Below the pieces are notes generated by a model. The model did no database searches. It had not been told where the DNA came from and was given only the letters and a program-made list of their open reading frames with translations. Positions 61,833 to 64,000 of a stretch of 64,000 nt of DNA are shown here, piece by piece. Positions within the stretch are counted from its first letter, which is position 1. Each line of letters begins with the position of its first letter. The position numbers were made by a program, and so were the translations under genes. This DNA comes from Candidatus Velthaea sp. (lineage in GTDB: Bacteria > Vulcanimicrobiota > Vulcanimicrobiia > Vulcanimicrobiales > Vulcanimicrobiaceae), in NCBI GenBank assembly GCA_965214935.1, contig CBDCCS010000022.1, forward strand, positions 608,001 through 672,000. The letters run 5' to 3'.

Positions 61833-63110
61833 ATGGACCGTACGCTTATTACGAACGTTAACGTTTGGGACGGCACCGGTAGCGACCCGTATCCCGCTGA
61901 AGTGCTCGTCGAGGGCAATCGGATCTCGAAAATTGCGAAGCGTGGCGAGCGCATCGAACGCGAAGGTTGGGTTGCGCTCGACGGTCGGGGCGGCACGCTC
62001 ATGCCGGGTCTGGTCGAAGGGCACGCCCATCCGTCCTTCGCGCATACGGCAACGCTTTCGGCAGTCGGCGAAATACCGCCCGAAGAGCATACGCTCATCA
62101 CGATGTACAACGCGCGCAAGATGCTCGATGCCGGCTTCACCAGCATTTTTTGCGCTGCATCGGCGAAGCCGCGCCTCGATGTGGTTATTCGGAACGAGAT
62201 CGAGGCGGGCCGCCTCGTCGGCCCGCGCATGCGTGCAGCGAGTCCCGAGATTACCGTGACCGGAGGTTTAGGTGACGAACGGTTGCGGCATCTTCACCGC
62301 GAGTCGTTCGCGCTGATTGCCGACGGGGTTGAAAGCGTGCAGCGGATCGTCCGTGAAGTGTGCCGCGACGGCGTCGATACGGTGAAAATCAATATCTCCG
62401 GCGACGATTTCGTGCCGAACTGCAAAGGCGAGCAGACCGTTATGAGCGATGCGGAAATCGCGATGGCGGTCGAGACCGCGCACAGCTTCGATCGGCGCAC
62501 GGCATCGCATTCGCGATCGTCGCAAGCCGTCAAGAAAGCCGTCAAGCACGGCGTCGACGTGATCTATCACTGCGAGTTCGCCGATGAGTCGGCACTCGAC
62601 GCACTTGAATCCGTCAAAGACAAAATCTTCGTCGGGCCGGCTATCGGCATTCTGCATAATTCGAGCTTCGAGGGCTCGGAATGGGGCATTACGAGCGCTG
62701 TTGCGGAGCAAATCGGCGTGCGGCGCGCATTCGATACTGCGTGCGAAACGTACCACAAGATTCGCGCACGCGGCATTCGAGTTGTGATCGGTGGCGACTA
62801 CGGCTTCGCCTGGACCCCGATCGGCACGAACGCGCGCGACATCGCGCACTTTGTAACTTTCTTCGGTTATTCACCGTCCGAGGCGTTAATTGCCGCGACG
62901 AAGACCGGCGGCGAACTCATGGGATACCCGGGTGAACTCGGCCTGATCGCACCGGGAGCCTTTGCCGACCTGCTCGTCGTCGAAGGAAACCCGTTGCACG
63001 ACGTGACGTTACTCGCCGACCACTCAAAACTCAAGGCGATTATGAAAGACGGAACGCTGTACAAAAATACGCTGCAGCCGGCGCAGACAGAGGTTGCGGT
63101 TAGCGCCTAA
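61833..63110 (+). CDS. Metal-dependent amidohydrolase (Xaa-Pro dipeptidase-like subgroup)
   Basis: LMPGLVEGHAH, AGFT, GGD and G.IAPG..ADL..V.GNPL. Confidence 0.88.
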   Translation: MDRTLITNVNVWDGTGSDPYPAEVLVEGNRISKIAKRGERIEREGWVALDGRGGTLMPGLVEGHAHPSFAHTATLSAVGEIPPEEHTLITMYNARKMLDAGFTSIFCAASAKPRLDVVIRNEIEAGRLVGPRMRAASPEITVTGGLGDERLRHLHRESFALIADGVESVQRIVREVCRDGVDTVKINISGDDFVPNCKGEQTVMSDAEIAMAVETAHSFDRRTASHSRSSQAVKKAVKHGVDVIYHCEFADESALDALESVKDKIFVGPAIGILHNSSFEGSEWGITSAVAEQIGVRRAFDTACETYHKIRARGIRVVIGGDYGFAWTPIGTNARDIAHFVTFFGYSPSEALIAATKTGGELMGYPGELGLIAPGAFADLLVVEGNPLHDVTLLADHSKLKAIMKDGTLYKNTLQPAQTEVAVSA

Positions 63111-63119
63111 CAGCCGCGG

Positions 63120-64000
63120 ATGCCGTTGCTTGAAGTCCGCGATGTCGAAAAGCGATTTCCCGGCGTGCGCGCGCTACGATCGGTCAGCCTCAGCATCGAG
63201 GCCGGCAGCGTGCACGCTCTCGTCGGCGAAAACGGCGCCGGCAAGTCGACGCTCGTTAAAATAATTTCCGGCGCTCAACGGCCGGACGGTGGTCAGCTGA
63301 GCTTCGCGGACCGCCGCTTAACGGAGTTCACTCCGGCGGCCGCCGCCGATGCCGGCATCGCCGTCGTGTATCAGCGTCAGCAACTTGTCCCGAGTCTCTC
63401 GGCGGCCGAGAATATTCTACTCGGACGGCAGCCTTCGCGATTCGGCGGTCTGGCGGTCTCGTTCCGCGAGACGTTGCGAATCGCATCGCAACTCTTGCAG
63501 CGCCTGCGCGTCGACTTCGATCCGGCGCTGCCGGTGCGGCGGCTATCGCCGGCGCAACAACAAGAAGTCGCCATTGCCAAAGCTCTCTATCGCAAGGCCC
63601 GGTTGCTAATTCTCGACGAGCCGACGGCGGCACTCGATCCCGAACAGATCGAGCGCCTTTTCGCGCTGATTCGCGACCTGACGGCGCAGGGCGTTTCGAT
63701 CTTGTACATCTCCCACCATCTCGAAGAAGTTTTCGCGCTTTCCGATACGATTACGGTCTTGCGCGACGGTGCCGTCGTAACGACGCAGCCGGTGCAAACG
63801 CTGACTCAAAACGGCGTCGTCGCAATGATGGCGGGGCGCTCCGAGAAGCCGGCCGGCGATGCACCGGCGATGCCAGCCGGTAACGGCATCGTTGGTGGTG
63901 CAGATGTCGCGCTCGAAATTACCGATCTTGCCGCCCGGCCCGGTTTGCGCGGCGTCACCTTCAAGCTGCGGCGCGGCGAAGTCTTGGGGATTACCGGAAT
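63120..64000 (+). CDS. Sugar ABC transporter ATP-binding protein (RbsA/MglA-like), truncated by the window end
   Basis: MPLLEVRDVEKRFPGVRAL, GENGAGKST, ILDEPT and YISH; frame open to the window end. Confidence 0.9.
   Translation, partial: MPLLEVRDVEKRFPGVRALRSVSLSIEAGSVHALVGENGAGKSTLVKIISGAQRPDGGQLSFADRRLTEFTPAAAADAGIAVVYQRQQLVPSLSAAENILLGRQPSRFGGLAVSFRETLRIASQLLQRLRVDFDPALPVRRLSPAQQQEVAIAKALYRKARLLILDEPTAALDPEQIERLFALIRDLTAQGVSILYISHHLEEVFALSDTITVLRDGAVVTTQPVQTLTQNGVVAMMAGRSEKPAGDAPAMPAGNGIVGGADVALEITDLAARPGLRGVTFKLRRGEVLGITG

Overview
A 64-kb GC-rich bacterial chromosomal segment with about 58 protein-coding genes and one tRNA-Thr(CGT). No CRISPR array, rRNA, integrase, transposase or phage structural gene was recognised. 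A TonB-dependent receptor (outer membrane) together with Firmicute-like rpsR-rplI-lonC-dnaB synteny suggests a Terrabacteria diderm, possibly Vulcanimicrobiota/Eremiobacterota; this is inference only. Housekeeping and metabolic genes: pobA, leuA with a clear Leu attenuator, ada, dnaB, rplI, rpsR, L-rhamnose isomerase, two carbonic anhydrase-family genes and several hydrolases. Best candidate for a novel system: a translationally coupled pair at 45962-50484, a TIR-STAND ATPase-TPR (NLR-like) protein with the TIR catalytic Glu intact, followed by a SLOG-domain protein with two SLATT-like 2TM modules. It resembles an NLR-triggered, Thoeris-like nucleotide-signal and membrane-effector system. Other highlights: three tandem ~112-bp hairpin-forming non-coding repeats near the tRNA, a structured rpsR leader, a GH5-like protein lacking both catalytic Glu, a pseudo-receiver response regulator, an N-terminal cytochrome c-PQQ dehydrogenase with a DYD motif, a heme oxygenase plus phytochrome-GGDEF-EAL pair, and a doubly frameshifted S10 peptidase. 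All family assignments come from motif recognition by eye; no database search was run.
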